A DNA stretch of 64,000 bases from Trichodelitschia bisporula. Taxonomy: Eukaryota. Positions within the stretch are counted from its first letter, which is position 1, and each line of letters opens with the position of its first letter. Positions 45,156 through 56,973 of the stretch are shown piece by piece. The stretch is from positions 505,061-569,060 of the forward strand of contig ML996695.1 in the NCBI GenBank assembly GCA_010356995.1, in the 5' to 3' direction. The notes below the pieces were generated by a model, which searched no databases, was not told the origin of the DNA, and was given only the letters and a program-made list of their open reading frames with translations. Both the position numbers and the translations under genes were made by a program.

Positions 45156-45595
45156 GGGATATGTCGGGAAGGATGGGGTGGCATACTGTACTGTACTGGA
45201 CTTTGTGAAACCCCTCGGCTTTAGGCATCTGGTAGCTTGTCATCAAGGCGGAGACGGCTATTTCGATATGTATAATCGGCTACGGATCATTATGTATCAC
45301 GGGCAGTTGAAGGTGGATCACTACGACTCTGTCGTAAGGAAGCTGTTCAGGCCCCGTATATCATGAACCTGATCCGCAGTTTCTGGCGCCTGTTAACCAC
45401 TTATGCGGCGTGTGTGATGCTAAAGTAACATGGAATTCCACGTGAGATCCGTATAGAAGGCCAGGTAAGATCATCCATAGGCCAGTCCCCAAAATCCCAT
45501 ACTTGCGTCCGATTCCTACAGCCCTCGACCTACCCCACAGTCTCGTACTTCGAGGCTCCATGAATGCCTTCCCACCACTACCACCCTGATCATTA

Positions 45596-46599
45596 TCACC
45601 AAGCCCACACTCCTTCCCCGGAAATCCCTCCCCCACCCCCACCCCTAACCCAAAACCTCATCCCCTCCTCCCTCCCCTTCCCCTTTCTCCGTAGCAGAAC
45701 CTCTCCCACACCTAACCCCCTCCCCTCCCCCCTCCTCTCCGCGCCCATAACAACCCTCCCCAACCCCCTCACCCCACTCACCGCCGTGCGCACACTCACA
45801 CCCCCCCTCCCATCCGCCCCCTGGCCCAGCACCTCCGTCGTAAGCACAACCACGCACCCAAACCCCTCCGCCAGCCCCCTGAGCACCGGCACAAGTCCAT
45901 GCACCCCCCCCGCATCCTCCGCCGCCCTAGCCGGCCAATACAACCCCCCAACCCCATCAACAAGCACCGCATGCAGCGCCCTTGCCCCCGATTCATGCCG
46001 AGCCGAGAGCAAATACTCCGGTAGAGCCGCCAGCGTCGCATACACCTGCGCGAGCCCCTTAGGCCGGAATACTTGCACATGCCGCAGCGCATCCGCAACC
46101 GCAGCCTCCAGCACCAGCGGCGCAATACCAGGCATCGCTCCTACCACCGCTGACTCCGGGATGGGCTTGCGGGGGCCCAGGACGTACGCGCGCATCACGC
46201 CCGCGAGCCGAGCAACGTCGAATCGCGCATCGAGGTCGAGGACCACAATACACGCGGCTTTACCGCCTAACTGCGTTGGTAGCGTTGCGATTCCTGTGGC
46301 GAGGTAGAGGAGGTGCGTTTTGCCGGCGTTGGGGGTTAGGGATGTGAGTTCGATGACTGGGTTGGGACAGCGATTCGGGCCGGTAGGGTGGAGGGCGCGG
46401 TCCAGCGGGGGAATGTTGAAATACGGCGTGTGCGGGTCGCGCGGGAGTGCTGTAAGAAGCTATGCAGAAATTAGTTGCCTGGCTGGAAGCCGATGTTGAT
46501 ATCCCCAGCGGTGTCGTCGGGCCGCGCGAATCTCACCTCACGCAACCACCCGCCCTCAACCTCACCCAACAACCTTCTGCCAACCTCCTCAGCACTCAT
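45596..46599 (-). CDS. Rad51 paralog (XRCC2-like), 2 exons
   Basis: MSAEEVGRRLLGEVE..LRE, intron 46460-46536, then FNIPPLD, VIELTS..PNAGKTHLLY (Walker A), LGGKAACIVVLDLDARFDVARL, HVQVFRP and VLVDGVGGLYW. Confidence 0.82.
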
Positions 46600-46619
46600 C
46601 CTCCCCTCTTTCTCGCATA

Positions 46620-47072
46620 ATGATCCCGATGCAATTCGGCCCCGCGGCGACTACCTTCCCTTCCTCGGCACTGCCCCAGCACGTCGCGCGAGATGTGCGC
46701 GGCAAACCGCGCGGCGTGCGGCTGGAGGACTGTCCGCTGAGCGAGATGACGCAGTACCGGTGTGATATTGTGGGGCGCGAGACGAGCAGTCCTAGTGTGC
46801 GGTGTGAGTGGTTTTTGAGGCTGTTTCGCAGGTATGTATGCTGTGTTTTCTTGCTCTATGTCTGCGGATGGGCATTGGTGGTGGATGTGGTGGTGGTGAC
46901 GTGGGGAGTTTGCGAGGTTCGGCCCGGGTTTGCAGCGCGGCGGTTGACCCGGGTGGGAAATGTGTCGTCTGCGGGAGCCAAACTCACTGAATCGGAGCTG
47001 ATTTGCGCCTGCAGATGCGCCGATGGCTTGACGGTCGAAACGACGGACTGGGAATGGTCGCGCAGCAAATGA
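46620..47072 (+). CDS. SOM1: Mitochondrial inner membrane peptidase subunit Som1, 2 exons
   Basis: F..SALP..RGKPRGVRLEDCPLSEMTQYRC..VRCEWFLRLFR, intron 46832-47014, then RCADGLTVETTDWE. The start is 46620 or 46629. Confidence 0.82.
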   Translation: MIPMQFGPAATTFPSSALPQHVARDVRGKPRGVRLEDCPLSEMTQYRCDIVGRETSSPSVRCEWFLRLFRRYVCCVFLLYVCGWALVVDVVVVTWGVCEVRPGFAARRLTRVGNVSSAGAKLTESELICACRCADGLTVETTDWEWSRSK

Positions 47073-47329
47073 ATGCCCGTTGCTCGGTCGGCAGAGCCTT
47101 ACACCTTCACGTCAATCACCATGCAACCCGAATGCCTTCTACCGGTCACAAGGGCCAGTATCCTTAGTATTGGCAACCCGTTCCACGCCGCGAGGCCTGG
47201 AAATCTAAAATACAGGGTCCGCGTTTTATGACAGACAGCTCGCCATAAATGATGATATCCCATATGCCGTACGCCACGCTGAATCGCTCCGAAAAAAAAG
47301 CACATCGCAAAGTAGAAATACAATGTCCG

Positions 47330-48335
47330 CTACGCCTTCTTCATCCCCGCCTTCCTCCACACATTCCTCTCGTAGTTGACCAGCATCACGTCGTCGAATC
47401 CCGGCAGGCTAGGCGGCTGTTCCATGTCAAAGTCCTCGTGCATATAGTCGCTCTGCCTCTCATCTTCCGCCACCTTATCATCGTGCTGCGCTTCCCTCAG
47501 TGCCTCCTCGAATATCTGCCTGTCCCTCGTAACCCTCTCAGGCTTGTGGTGCGTCGCCTTCGCCAGCCCCACCCGCCGCGCAGCCATCAGCTTGCGAAGC
47601 GCCTGCTCCGCCAGCACGCCCTCCTGCGTCGCCTGCTCACGTATGCGCCGCGGATCCACTAGGCGCTCCTGGTACACCGGCGTCGACTGCCAAGTATGCT
47701 TGCTGGGGAGAGGAGGGAGGTGTGCGGGAATGTAGCTGCGCTTCTCCGTCTCTGGGACGCCAGACAGCGCGCCAGCGAAGAGAATTTCAAGGTCCGGGGC
47801 GGGGATTTCGTCCGCAGTAGGGGGCGCTACTTCGAATGGGCTCGGCGACTTCGGCGGAGGCGACTTGATGTGCGGCATAAGATCGGAGGCCGTAAGCCCG
47901 CTGAGCGCCAGGGCCTGAATGAAATCATGCGGTGTGGGAGACGTGCGCCGGTGCGCCTTCATCGAGCCACTGATGTCGGAGGCGAAATCTCGCATGACTG
48001 CTCGCGCGTCAGATACCAGGACACCCTAACACCCGTCGCGTGTACATACACTCCTCAACCTTTGCGCGCATCGCCTCCATCGCCAGGTGATGCGCGCTGT
48101 CAAACCCCGCTTGCTGGAGCATGTGGCCGAGCGAGCGGACTAGGGTCGCGTTCACGAACTCTTCGTCCGGGATTTCGGACGCGGCTGGGTCGGGAGGTGG
48201 CGGGACGGGGCTCTTGAAAATACGCCGCACCATCCGCAGGCGCTTCGCGGGGCGCTGCCCATCGTGATGGTCGGATTCGGAGGGTCGTTTGTTGGCGCGC
48301 GGCGCGGCGGGTTGTTCGGTGCGGATGCCCGCCAT
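47330..48335 (-). CDS. TAF8: TFIID subunit 8 (histone-fold/bromodomain-associated plus TAF8_C), 2 exons
   Basis: RSLGHMLQQAGFDSA, intron 47998-48049, RRTSPTPHDF, and YIPAHLPPLPSKHTWQSTPVY..DPRRIREQATQEGVLAEQALRKL. Confidence 0.88.
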
Positions 48336-48688
48336 GGTGATGGAAGGGGAGGAGTCAGCGGATGGATGGGGTTGTCATCAACCAGGGTTGCTGAGTGATA
48401 ATGATGGTGATGGGTATGGGAGGTGTGAAGAGGTGAAGAGGCGGTGCGGTATGTGTGAGGGAGAGTGCTGCGGGTTGATGGATGCCTCCGGGTCTTTTGA
48501 TGCGATGCATTTCCCTCCAAGAGAAGCGGGAGCTGCGAACATGACGCACGGACCACAGCGCCAAGCCGGCAACACTTGGAACCTCACACCACAGCTCTCT
48601 CTCTCTGCCTCTCTCTCACGACTCTCCTCCACCACGAACCCACTGCCGACCACATCGTATCCACTACTATCGTCCGCCGACTGCTACA

Positions 48689-49144
48689 ATGGCTATCAAA
48701 CCCATCACTGGTGTACGTTCTCGAGCCATTGGCCTCGCGCCACGCTGTCTGCGCCCAGCCCCGGGCCGAGGGATAACTAGAGCTTTGCTAACATTGCGCA
48801 GATGCTCCGGCGGGGCCTCGTCCTTGACCTCAGCGTCGCTGGAGGTACGTTCCTACTCTGATATGGACCTTCGATACGCCATCGATGTCCTACCGTCCGC
48901 CACGGCTCGGCTAACTCGTCAGGTCTCGGTGTCACCTCTGGCTATGGCTGGTGGTATGGTACGTAGTGACGCAGCCCGCACCCGCAGGCTGCATCTTCCA
49001 CCTGCTTTATCGAACACCATCTAACAACGCATCTCAGGCTACCACGTCCCGGCTGTCCGTCACCGCGATGCCTTCTACAGCAAGCTGGAGGACGAGCGCG
49101 CCAAGGCCCTCGGCCAGGTCGGAACGGCGGGAAGCTCTGCGTAA
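48689..49144 (+). CDS. COX9: Cytochrome c oxidase subunit VIIa (Cox9), 4 exons
   Basis: Introns 48713-48801, 48845-48922 and 48959-49037, all with GTACGT donors. Spliced product MAIKPITGMLRRGLVLDLSVAGGLGVTSGYGWWYGYHVPAVRHRDAFYSKLEDERAKALGQ. Confidence 0.93.
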
Positions 49145-49328
49145 TCGAAGGGACAACGGTTCAGCTGTACATACGGCATAGAGAAGGCATAGAAATCTAG
49201 GAATCTACTTTCAAGCGCGCAACTTGTCTCGACTTTGATGTCACGTGAACCTTCTTCCGATGGGAGAGCGTATCTCGTCACAGCAGCGATGGGAGATCAA
49301 GACTCCAGATTCGGATTGTCAAATTGCT

Positions 49329-50995
49329 TCACGCGCGAGCCTCTACGCCCTCCTTGCTCACAGTGATGTACTTGACGCCCTTGTACGGTTGAACGCCCGC
49401 TCCCAAGCCCTTAGACCGCTGCGTGTCAATCACCAGCTTCTCAACCTTAATCCCACTTGCCAGCCACCCCTTAACCTGAAAGCTAACCGTCGCACTCGTC
49501 GGCATAAGTGTCTGAATCGCCCTCGCGCGCTTCGAATTCTGTTCCTCCTTCTTCCCCTCCTTCTCCTTCTCCGCCTGATACGTCCCGCCCTCCTCACCAT
49601 CATACTCCCACGTCTCGCTCCGCACCTCCAGTCCACTCGTCTCCCCCTCCTCCTCTAGCCCACCCACAAGCCCACACCGCAGCGTCGCCACCACCCCGCT
49701 GGCGCTGCTATGCAACCCCCCGCTCAGCGCCGCGGTATCCTTCCCCGCAATCCGCCACTCCACCACCGCATCTCCAGGCGCATAATGCGCCTCCCCACGG
49801 CTCGCACGCACCTCGGTCAGATTCCTTACCCCCGGTGCAATCGGCACACGCACAACCACATCCTCAACCACAGGATGCGCACTCGTCCCACCCGTCCTCC
49901 CCCCCAGCGCCGGCTTCGCAAAACTCGCCTCGCGCGTGCCTCCCGCAAACTTCGCATTCAGCAGCAGCCTAGCCTCGAACTCCGCGCCCCCAGCCCCAAG
50001 CCCCGTGCGCAGCTCCACGGACGCAGGTAACTGCAACGGGCTAGGCGTATTCGGGTTCGCGAGCGCGCGCTCCAGGTAGTCCGCGCCCAGGAGGTCGACT
50101 TCGTACCCTGCGAGCAGGAAGCGGCCGTCGGGGGGCACGAAGCTGAATTCCCCCGGCCGGGAGCGCCAGTGCGCGAGCCGGACGCAGGGGTGGAAGACGG
50201 GGAGCTGGATGAGGGAGGCGAGGGAGCCGCCCGGGGCGGCGAGTTTGAGGAATAGATCCGGGATGCCGGAGACTTTGCATGTGAAAGCCAATGTGCCGTG
50301 GGCGGAGGCGACGAGGGGCCGACCCGAGGGCGAGAGCGTCACGTGCAGGGTCTCGAGGATGTCGACGTACATCTCGTTGCTGGTATGGCGGACGTTTGCG
50401 CGGCGCCAGGGGATGGCGACGGCGGAGGAGGAGGAGAGGGATTTTGCGGCTGAGGGGCGGGCGGGACCGAGAGAGGGAGACGACCCGGGGAGCCCGACGC
50501 CGCCGAGCAGTTTGGTCATCCAGGAGGGGGCTTCGACGAGGTCGCGGAGGGCGTTGGGCTCGGTGGTTGCGATGTTGCCGCCGTCGCACATTTCGCCGAG
50601 GAGCTGGGCGATGACATCGTATGAGCTTTCGATTTTGGATGCTAGGAGCGGAGAGCCTAGGAAGTCTTCTAGTGTGTCGGCGACGCGGTGGAGGAATTCG
50701 AGGGTGGCGAGGGGGTCGGAGTCGCGGGAGGAGGGGGAGAGGAAGAGGAGCCGGTCCTGGATGATGGAGTATACGAGGCTTGGGGGGCTGGTGTCGGGGA
50801 TGTAGATTAAAGAGGGTTGCGGCGCGGGATGGGCGAGGTAGAGCGGCAGGAGGACCTGCGCTGACGCTGGACGGCCGTTCCAGACATGCTCGAGGATGCA
50901 GTTGCTGGTGATGTCAGCTTGGTGGGTGGCTATGGCAGTAGGATAGAGACGCACTTGTGCTCATCAAAGATGTACAGCGCTTCGATAGCGCTCAT
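49329..50995 (-). CDS. APM3: AP-3 adaptor complex mu subunit, 2 exons
   Basis: MSAIEALYIFDEHN, intron 50905-50954, NCILEH. Motifs LEFLHRVAD.LEDFLG, EMCDGG..ATTEPNALRDLV, IPWRRANVRHTSNEMYVDI.E, FHPCVRL, SFVPPDGRFLL and YKGVKYIT. Confidence 0.92.
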
Positions 50996-51270
50996 ATTTG
51001 GTTAAACTACTTGGAGCCCCATAGAAGGAAGGGAGCAGTGACGTGAGGGGTGCTGAAGCAGTGAAGCTGATGTTGTTTAGTGGGAGCTCGAGGACTTGCC
51101 CCACCAAGACGTTGAGGCGCGGAGGTGGCTGCGGAGGAACCCTCGCTTCCGCCGCAACCTCAACTTTTTGTCGCGACACTTTCTGACGACAAGCTCTGAA
51201 AGCGACATGTACGGACGCATTTAGCTCTTTCTCTCTCTTAGGACAAACTACAGGCACATTGTCCTTCAAA

Positions 51271-51620
51271 ATGGCAAAGGAGGACCTCCAAACCATCGCG
51301 AAGCTAGAGCAGCCTCCCAAGCTCACGGCCATGCTCGCAGAGGATAAGAAGGAGGTATATGGGGACTGTACGCCTTGCAGGGTGGTCGGTACGTGGTAGA
51401 TTTGCTCATCAGAGACACTACTGACTATTGATTCCCAGGTGCCTCAGCCTTCGTTGGGCTCGCAGCCTACGGCTACTTCTCCGGCCACCACCAGCTCAGG
51501 CAACAAGAAGCCAAGATTCTCAAGAGTGGATCAATATTCGGCATGAGGTCAAGGCGAGCCGGTATTACGGGCAGCGCGTTGGTGCTTGCGGCGATGGGCT
51601 TCTGGAGACTGGTGAATTGA
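51271..51620 (+). CDS. DUF4536/DMAC1-like small mitochondrial membrane protein, 2 exons
   Basis: MAKEDL..DCTPCRVV, intron 51389-51438, GASAFVGLAAYGYFSGHHQL..SGSIFGMRSRRAGI..MGFWRLVN*. The DCxxCR motif plus two hydrophobic segments fits this family. Confidence 0.82.
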
Positions 51621-51728
51621 GCCACAACGATACAAATGAAGCGATTGGCATTGTGGGCCTCGGAAACAGTAAATTATGCTACCTAAAAGCTCCCATTCAA
51701 GGTCTAACGGGTCTAAAAGCACGGCGGC

Positions 51729-52688
51729 CTACGTCGCGCTTGAAGGAGACGACATCGGATCAGCTATCCACGGGACCATCTTTTGATCTTCCTCATTCCA
51801 CCTGTATACCCTTCCTGTACCAACATTGTACTGGTAATAGTTCTCCGTCCCACCCTTCGCCATTGCCCGCCGAAACGTGATATTGATCCTTCCCTTCTCG
51901 CTCTCACCACCCTTGCGCTTCGGCACACTGTGCAACCATTTCGCCTGCGTCGGACCCCGCATGAGAATCAAATCGCCTGATCCCAGGGGCAAGTTGAACG
52001 GCTCCGCCTCTACGCTCTCTTCACCAGGCAGCGCTGCCTTCCGCTTCATGAAGAAATCCCTCCGCGCCCCGAGGCTCAGTGACGCAATCGCCGGGTCCTT
52101 CCCCAAGAACCGTTCGTCGTCCGAGTGAAAGGCAATGCTGTCTTCGCCGCCGGCATAGTAATTTACAAGACAAAAGTTGTAGGTGTGCTTGGTCGTTCCC
52201 TCAACTATCGTCCGCAGGAAGTCGAGACATGCCGGCAGCGGGCGCGGCCGGCACATGTACCGGTCCTTTGGAACCGGTACTCTCGATACCGCATCGAGGA
52301 GCTCGCCGTCTGGAGAAAAGATCGAGGTGGGATCGATGCCAAATACAGAGGTATAGCGCGGCGTGTTAACGAGCACGTCTACACCGGCTCGTTTGATGGT
52401 GTACTGCACTCGGTAGAAGGGGAGATTGGCGCGGAGGAAGCGGAAGAGCTCCCTTTGCGCCTCCTTTGGGATGTATGGCTGAAAGTAGAGCAGGTCTAGA
52501 TCAGGTTGGTCGTTGATGACCTTGCCTTCTGCTGTGGGGGCGAAGCCAAGCTCAGAGATCAGTGCGGGGGGGAGGTGCGGGATTGGGAAGGGGTAGTTTC
52601 GATGGTCTGAGGGAGTCTGAGTTGAGGGCTGGTACTGCTTCGATTGTATGGGCTTGAAGAAACCATCAAGAGTGCGTTTTTTGGACAT
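51729..52688 (-). CDS. AlkB-family 2OG-Fe(II) dioxygenase (ALKBH2/3-like)
   Basis: YNFCLVNYY..GEDSIAFHSDDE (HxD), IASLSLGARRDF, GDLILM.G.TQ..WLHSVPKR and RINITFR. Confidence 0.9.
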   Translation of the reverse strand: MSKKRTLDGFFKPIQSKQYQPSTQTPSDHRNYPFPIPHLPPALISELGFAPTAEGKVINDQPDLDLLYFQPYIPKEAQRELFRFLRANLPFYRVQYTIKRAGVDVLVNTPRYTSVFGIDPTSIFSPDGELLDAVSRVPVPKDRYMCRPRPLPACLDFLRTIVEGTTKHTYNFCLVNYYAGGEDSIAFHSDDERFLGKDPAIASLSLGARRDFFMKRKAALPGEESVEAEPFNLPLGSGDLILMRGPTQAKWLHSVPKRKGGESEKGRINITFRRAMAKGGTENYYQYNVGTGRVYRWNEEDQKMVPWIADPMSSPSSAT

Positions 52689-52892
52689 GTCTGCTGGAAG
52701 TGTGGTAGTGCGTTCGTTGGATGGAGCCTTGTCCTCATCAACATTAATCTTGGGCGTGCGATGTAGCGCAGGTTGCCTGTCGTCCGCTGGCTCAAAGTGC
52801 CGGTGAGCTACTGGGCCCTCCTGCGATGTAACAGCTTCTTGAGCGGCAAGACCTCGGCTATCAAACTCGTCATGATACTTAAAACATATTAG

Positions 52893-53480
52893 CTAGAGTA
52901 GGTAGACAACGCCTAGCCCTACCAGAGGGAGAGGGGTCGGATCAAGGTCGGGGGCCGCGCCTTAAGGATTAGCTACGATCAAGCAGTAGACAAGGATGAC
53001 ATACTATAAGAAGGGTGCAGCTGGGTAGAAGCGTGCTGCTGCGGGGGTAAGGCGTACTCCTGCGAGGGATAGGCGTACTGCTGCGGGAGAGGGGCGTACT
53101 GCTGCGCAGGAGGGTACTGCGAGGTAGAGGCGTGCTGTTGCGCAGGAGGGTACTGCGAGGCAGAGGCGTACTGCTGCGCAGGAGGATACTGCGAGGTAGA
53201 GGCGTACTGTTGCGTAGGAGCGTGCTGCGAGTGAGAGGCGTACTGCTGCGAGGAAGGGGAGTACTGCTGTGAGGAAGAGGTGTACTACTGAGAGGAAGAG
53301 GTGTACTGCTGAGAGGGAGAGGCGTGCTGCTGCATAGGCTGCGTTCACCGGAGGGAGGGCGGCTGGTCTTTATTCGCCAATTTTCTTGAGCGTTGCAACT
53401 CACGGCGCCGGCGCCGCCTTTCAACCCCCCTCTCCTCGCGGGTGTTGTATCTTGGGAGGTATAGGGCGCGGTGAAGCCAT
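52893..53480 (-). pseudogene. Disrupted gene for a Q/Y/S/P-rich tandem-repeat protein
   Basis: The frame from ATG 53335 reads MQQHASPSQQYTSSSQ*YTSSSQQYSPSSQQY..(QQYASTSQYPPA)n with an in-frame TAG at 53285-53287. Intron-like 52961-53004 (GTATGT..GCTAAT..TAAG). The upstream ATG at 53480 is out of frame. Confidence 0.55.
53030..53335. repeat. Degenerate 21-bp and 36-bp coding-type tandem repeat
   Basis: Recurring CAGCAGTACGCCTCT core on the minus strand, about 15 units. Confidence 0.9.
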
Positions 53481-53915
53481 GGCGATGTGGTTTGTTGTGG
53501 GTTGGGATGGGAGGATGGAGGTTGTGTACGACGTTCGGAGTGATGACCGTGTGATGACGTAGATGACTCTGTTTATTCGTACAAGAGATCCAGTCTCAAT
53601 GTGCTGGCTTTTGGTAATCAGATTGAAGTTCATTCTTCCCAGTATACCCTGAAGACCACCTTCTAAGTTCTCTTGAGTGGAGTCTACCTTCCCTGTCACC
53701 ATATCAGCCTCACTTCCCGTTTGGTAAGTGGGAAGTCGCAATGTTGAACCTGGAGGGAAAGGGAAGAAACCGGCGCAGTAACACACTCCTGCTACATGAA
53801 GCTGAATATGCGGTACAACCCGATATTACAAGTCGCTAAGTAACACATAATCGAACGGGGTATCATACTCCGACTCCCAATACCTAACCAGTGCACGCCA
53901 AACACCTAGACACCA

Positions 53916-54772
53916 TCACTTGTGATGAAAGCTCCTCAACTCCACTTCATCAGCCCTAACACTCATGAAGGCAGTGGTGCCCCCCCTCGTCTGCAACTGG
54001 CCTCCTCCCTTCCCCATCTTCTTCACTGCTTTCTCCCGCCCCAGAATCACAAACTTCACCACTATGAACACAACAATCGCCAGCACCAAGATCCCAATGA
54101 TATACCCCGCCACAACGCCGCGTGAGTGCTTGCGATCGTCCAAAAAGCCATATACATAAAAGTGCTGATCCGCAAAGGTTATAAACGCGACCGCCAGATA
54201 CAGCGACAGCATGATAACCAGCCAAAGGGCATGCAACCATGGCGGCGAGGGCGCCCGAGCGAGTATAAGCTCGAGCAGAGCGAATACGGAGTTGAGGGCG
54301 TGTTCGGTCACGTTGCTCCAGGCGGCGAACCGATCTTTGAAGCTCCCGTTGAAGAGCAAGCCCCAGAAAACGATGGTTACGATGAAGGGATAGGTGACCA
54401 CTACTCTTGTAAGCCTGTGTCCTGCGTACACACTACGCCACGTCACATACCAGTCGTGTAGAACAGCGCGTGCAGCTGCTGCAGCCAACCTGCCCACCGC
54501 GCGAGCAGCGGCCGTCCATTTAGCCAGTAGGTCGCCGTGTGCAGCGCGGCGAAGGCGTGGTAGAAGCCCAGGCCCCAGAAGGTCAGGTTGGTGAAGTAAC
54601 TGAAGTGCTGGCGGGCGAGGGAGGGACTGCGCTCGCCGTCGATGGAGAGGATGACGATTAAGCTCGTGAAGATGTAGAAGGAGATGAGGGCGCGGAGCGA
54701 GGCGTAGGCAAGCGGGGAGAGCGCCCAAGAGGTACTGTAGCGGACCGGGTCTATGGGAGCGGGAGACCACAT
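53916..54772 (-). CDS. Conserved multi-pass membrane protein (FAR-17a/AIG1-like), 2 exons
   Basis: TSWALSPL..RALISFY, FSYFTNLTFWGLGFY, intron 54401-54450, YPFIVTIVFW, HALNSVFALLEL and FYVYGFLD. The family name is tentative. Confidence 0.72.
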
Positions 54773-55563
54773 CTTGAGCTTGTTGGCTTGTTGCGAGCTG
54801 ATGAAGGATTTACTGAGCAGCGCTGAAACCGAACATCGATCCCGAGCTCCCAATATAACAATAGGTCCTCAACAAGCCCGTCAGGTTCGCCGACTGTAGA
54901 AATGAAGAAAGAAAGGATGCAGGAATGATGCGCGCCAGCGATGCGATCTCAACGCCGCGGAATGGGGCGCCCGACCCTGGGTTTTGACAGTCGCCGATCC
55001 GAAGCGAGGCCGGCAGCGCGCGCGTGTGCATGTGGCGTGCGGCTGAAGAAGGGCGCTAGGCGGCGCCTTGAGGCTTTGCGAGATTTCGAGACGGCGTCGC
55101 CGTCCGGTGACTATTTTTGGCAGAGGAGACGGTGTTTGGGCTTTCGGCGATGGTGCTGGAAGTGAGAACAATTTGGTGTTTTTATGATGGCGAGGTCGTT
55201 GCCAACCCTTACCCACATGGATCTGAGATCTGCCGCCAGCAGGCGCTTCTGGCTTCTGATTGGAGTTTTGGTGAAAGAGCTCAGCCTTGGGCTAATTTCG
55301 GGCCACTATGATAGGTTATCTGAGGGTCTAGATGCGATATCATAGGTATTAACCCATTTCTGTTCAATTGGACCTTCTCTTCGCGCTGGTGCAAACTCGA
55401 CAAATCATATCTCTTCGTAAACAGTCAAAGATTTGCAAGTACCCGAGTCGAATTTGGCATTGTATCATTGAGGGTGACGTGTTGGTTGTATTACAACATA
55501 TCATTCCGAAACGGACACTTCACCCTTCGATAGTAGTGATGATCCCTTTCTCCCCCGGCTCAC

Positions 55564-56973
55564 TCAGTAACGGTCATGCAACGCCATGTACCCGGCATAC
55601 ACCAAGCTCCTCGCATCGCCGCCCTCGACATCCTTAGCAACATCCGCAGTGCCCGTCCAGAAGAACAGCCCAGCCAAGCCCCTGTCCCTGACGAACGCCG
55701 CCTTAGTAGCCACTGTCTCAGCATTATCGTAGCTCACCCATCCCCCGTCACCCCCAATGCAATACGCCGCACAGCACACGCGATCCACGCCCTGCTGGGC
55801 ACCCGGCCGCGGCAATTCCGAGTACTCAAAGGATCCATCCTCGCCACCCCCGCCCTTGTGCCGGTATCCTGGTCCCGCAGCGCCCAAGAACGAGCGTCCG
55901 AAGGCTGGGATCCCGAAAAGAATTTTTGCGGCAGGGAAACCTGTCCCGAGAACGAATTCAACAGCTGCTACACCGCTCGGCTGTATCGAGGGTGGGTTCT
56001 GGGGATCGGTGTGGCTGGGTATGGGGGCATACAGAGCAGCGTGGTGGCCTGCGGTTGGGGTCCAGGGGCCGTAGAAGTCGTAGGCCATTAGGTTGAGGAG
56101 GTCAAGCGTGTGGGAGAGCGTGGGAAGGTCGATGTATCGGAGAAGCCAGGCACCGGCTGGGAGGGCGGTAGATAGAATGTAGCGCGGCCGGGGAAGGTAT
56201 GTGCGGAGGGTGGAGAGGAGAGCAGTGAAGTCTATCGTTTGGAATGGAGTTGGGTGCTCCCAGTCGACTGTTGCCAGTTAACCCTATGATATCGGAGGGA
56301 AGAAGAGAGAGGGAACTACCATCTATACCGTCCAGCCCATAAGCGTCGACAAGCTCACGCGCGGATGCCCCAAAGCGCTCTCTTGTCGTCGGGTCGGCGG
56401 CCACGGATGCGAAAGTAGCTGGGTCGCTGCTACCTCCACCGATCGAGAGGATAATCTTCAGATGTGTGTACTGGCGCTTCAGGCCCACAAAGGCGCGGAG
56501 ACAACCTTGCGTGCCGTCGACGGAAATCTGTGTATCCGCATATTCGTCGCTGAGCTTCAATTGGCAGACGTGGTGTCAGTAATTGATGACCGATATTGTG
56601 GTGGGACGCACGTAGACAGTCCCGTCCGATTTGAGCCTGTGTTGGCAACCCGGGTCAGCTCTGAGAGAAGAAGAGAAGCGCTGTCCTCTGAAAGGGACCT
56701 TGAGCTTGTCGAGTAATCAGCGGCAAGTACGATGCGGACCTACCCGGCAAAGGCGTAGAAAACATGAGACACTATGTCAAGGCGCAGCGACGACGGTGTC
56801 TGATTCCGGTAGACACGGTAATTGGGATAGTAGACGGCATTGATGAACATTGAAATCGGCGGCGGGAAGCTAGCTGCGATTGCCCTCTCTTCTCCGGCAG
56901 ACGGACGACGGTAGTCAGGTGGGTCTCGTATCAGCCAATCTGGACGGCCCGGGCCGAAGAAGGGGGAGGCCAT
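55564..56973 (-). CDS. GH18 chitinase (subgroup A type, no obvious signal peptide), 4 exons including a 25-nt microexon
   Basis: INAVYYPNY..SHVFYAFA, microexon 56612-56636 (GLKSDGTVY), LSDEYAD, LSIGGG, spliced catalytic motif GLDGIDVDWEHP (DxxDxDxE), NLMAYDF and SYDN..K...GLAGLFFW. Confidence 0.92.
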
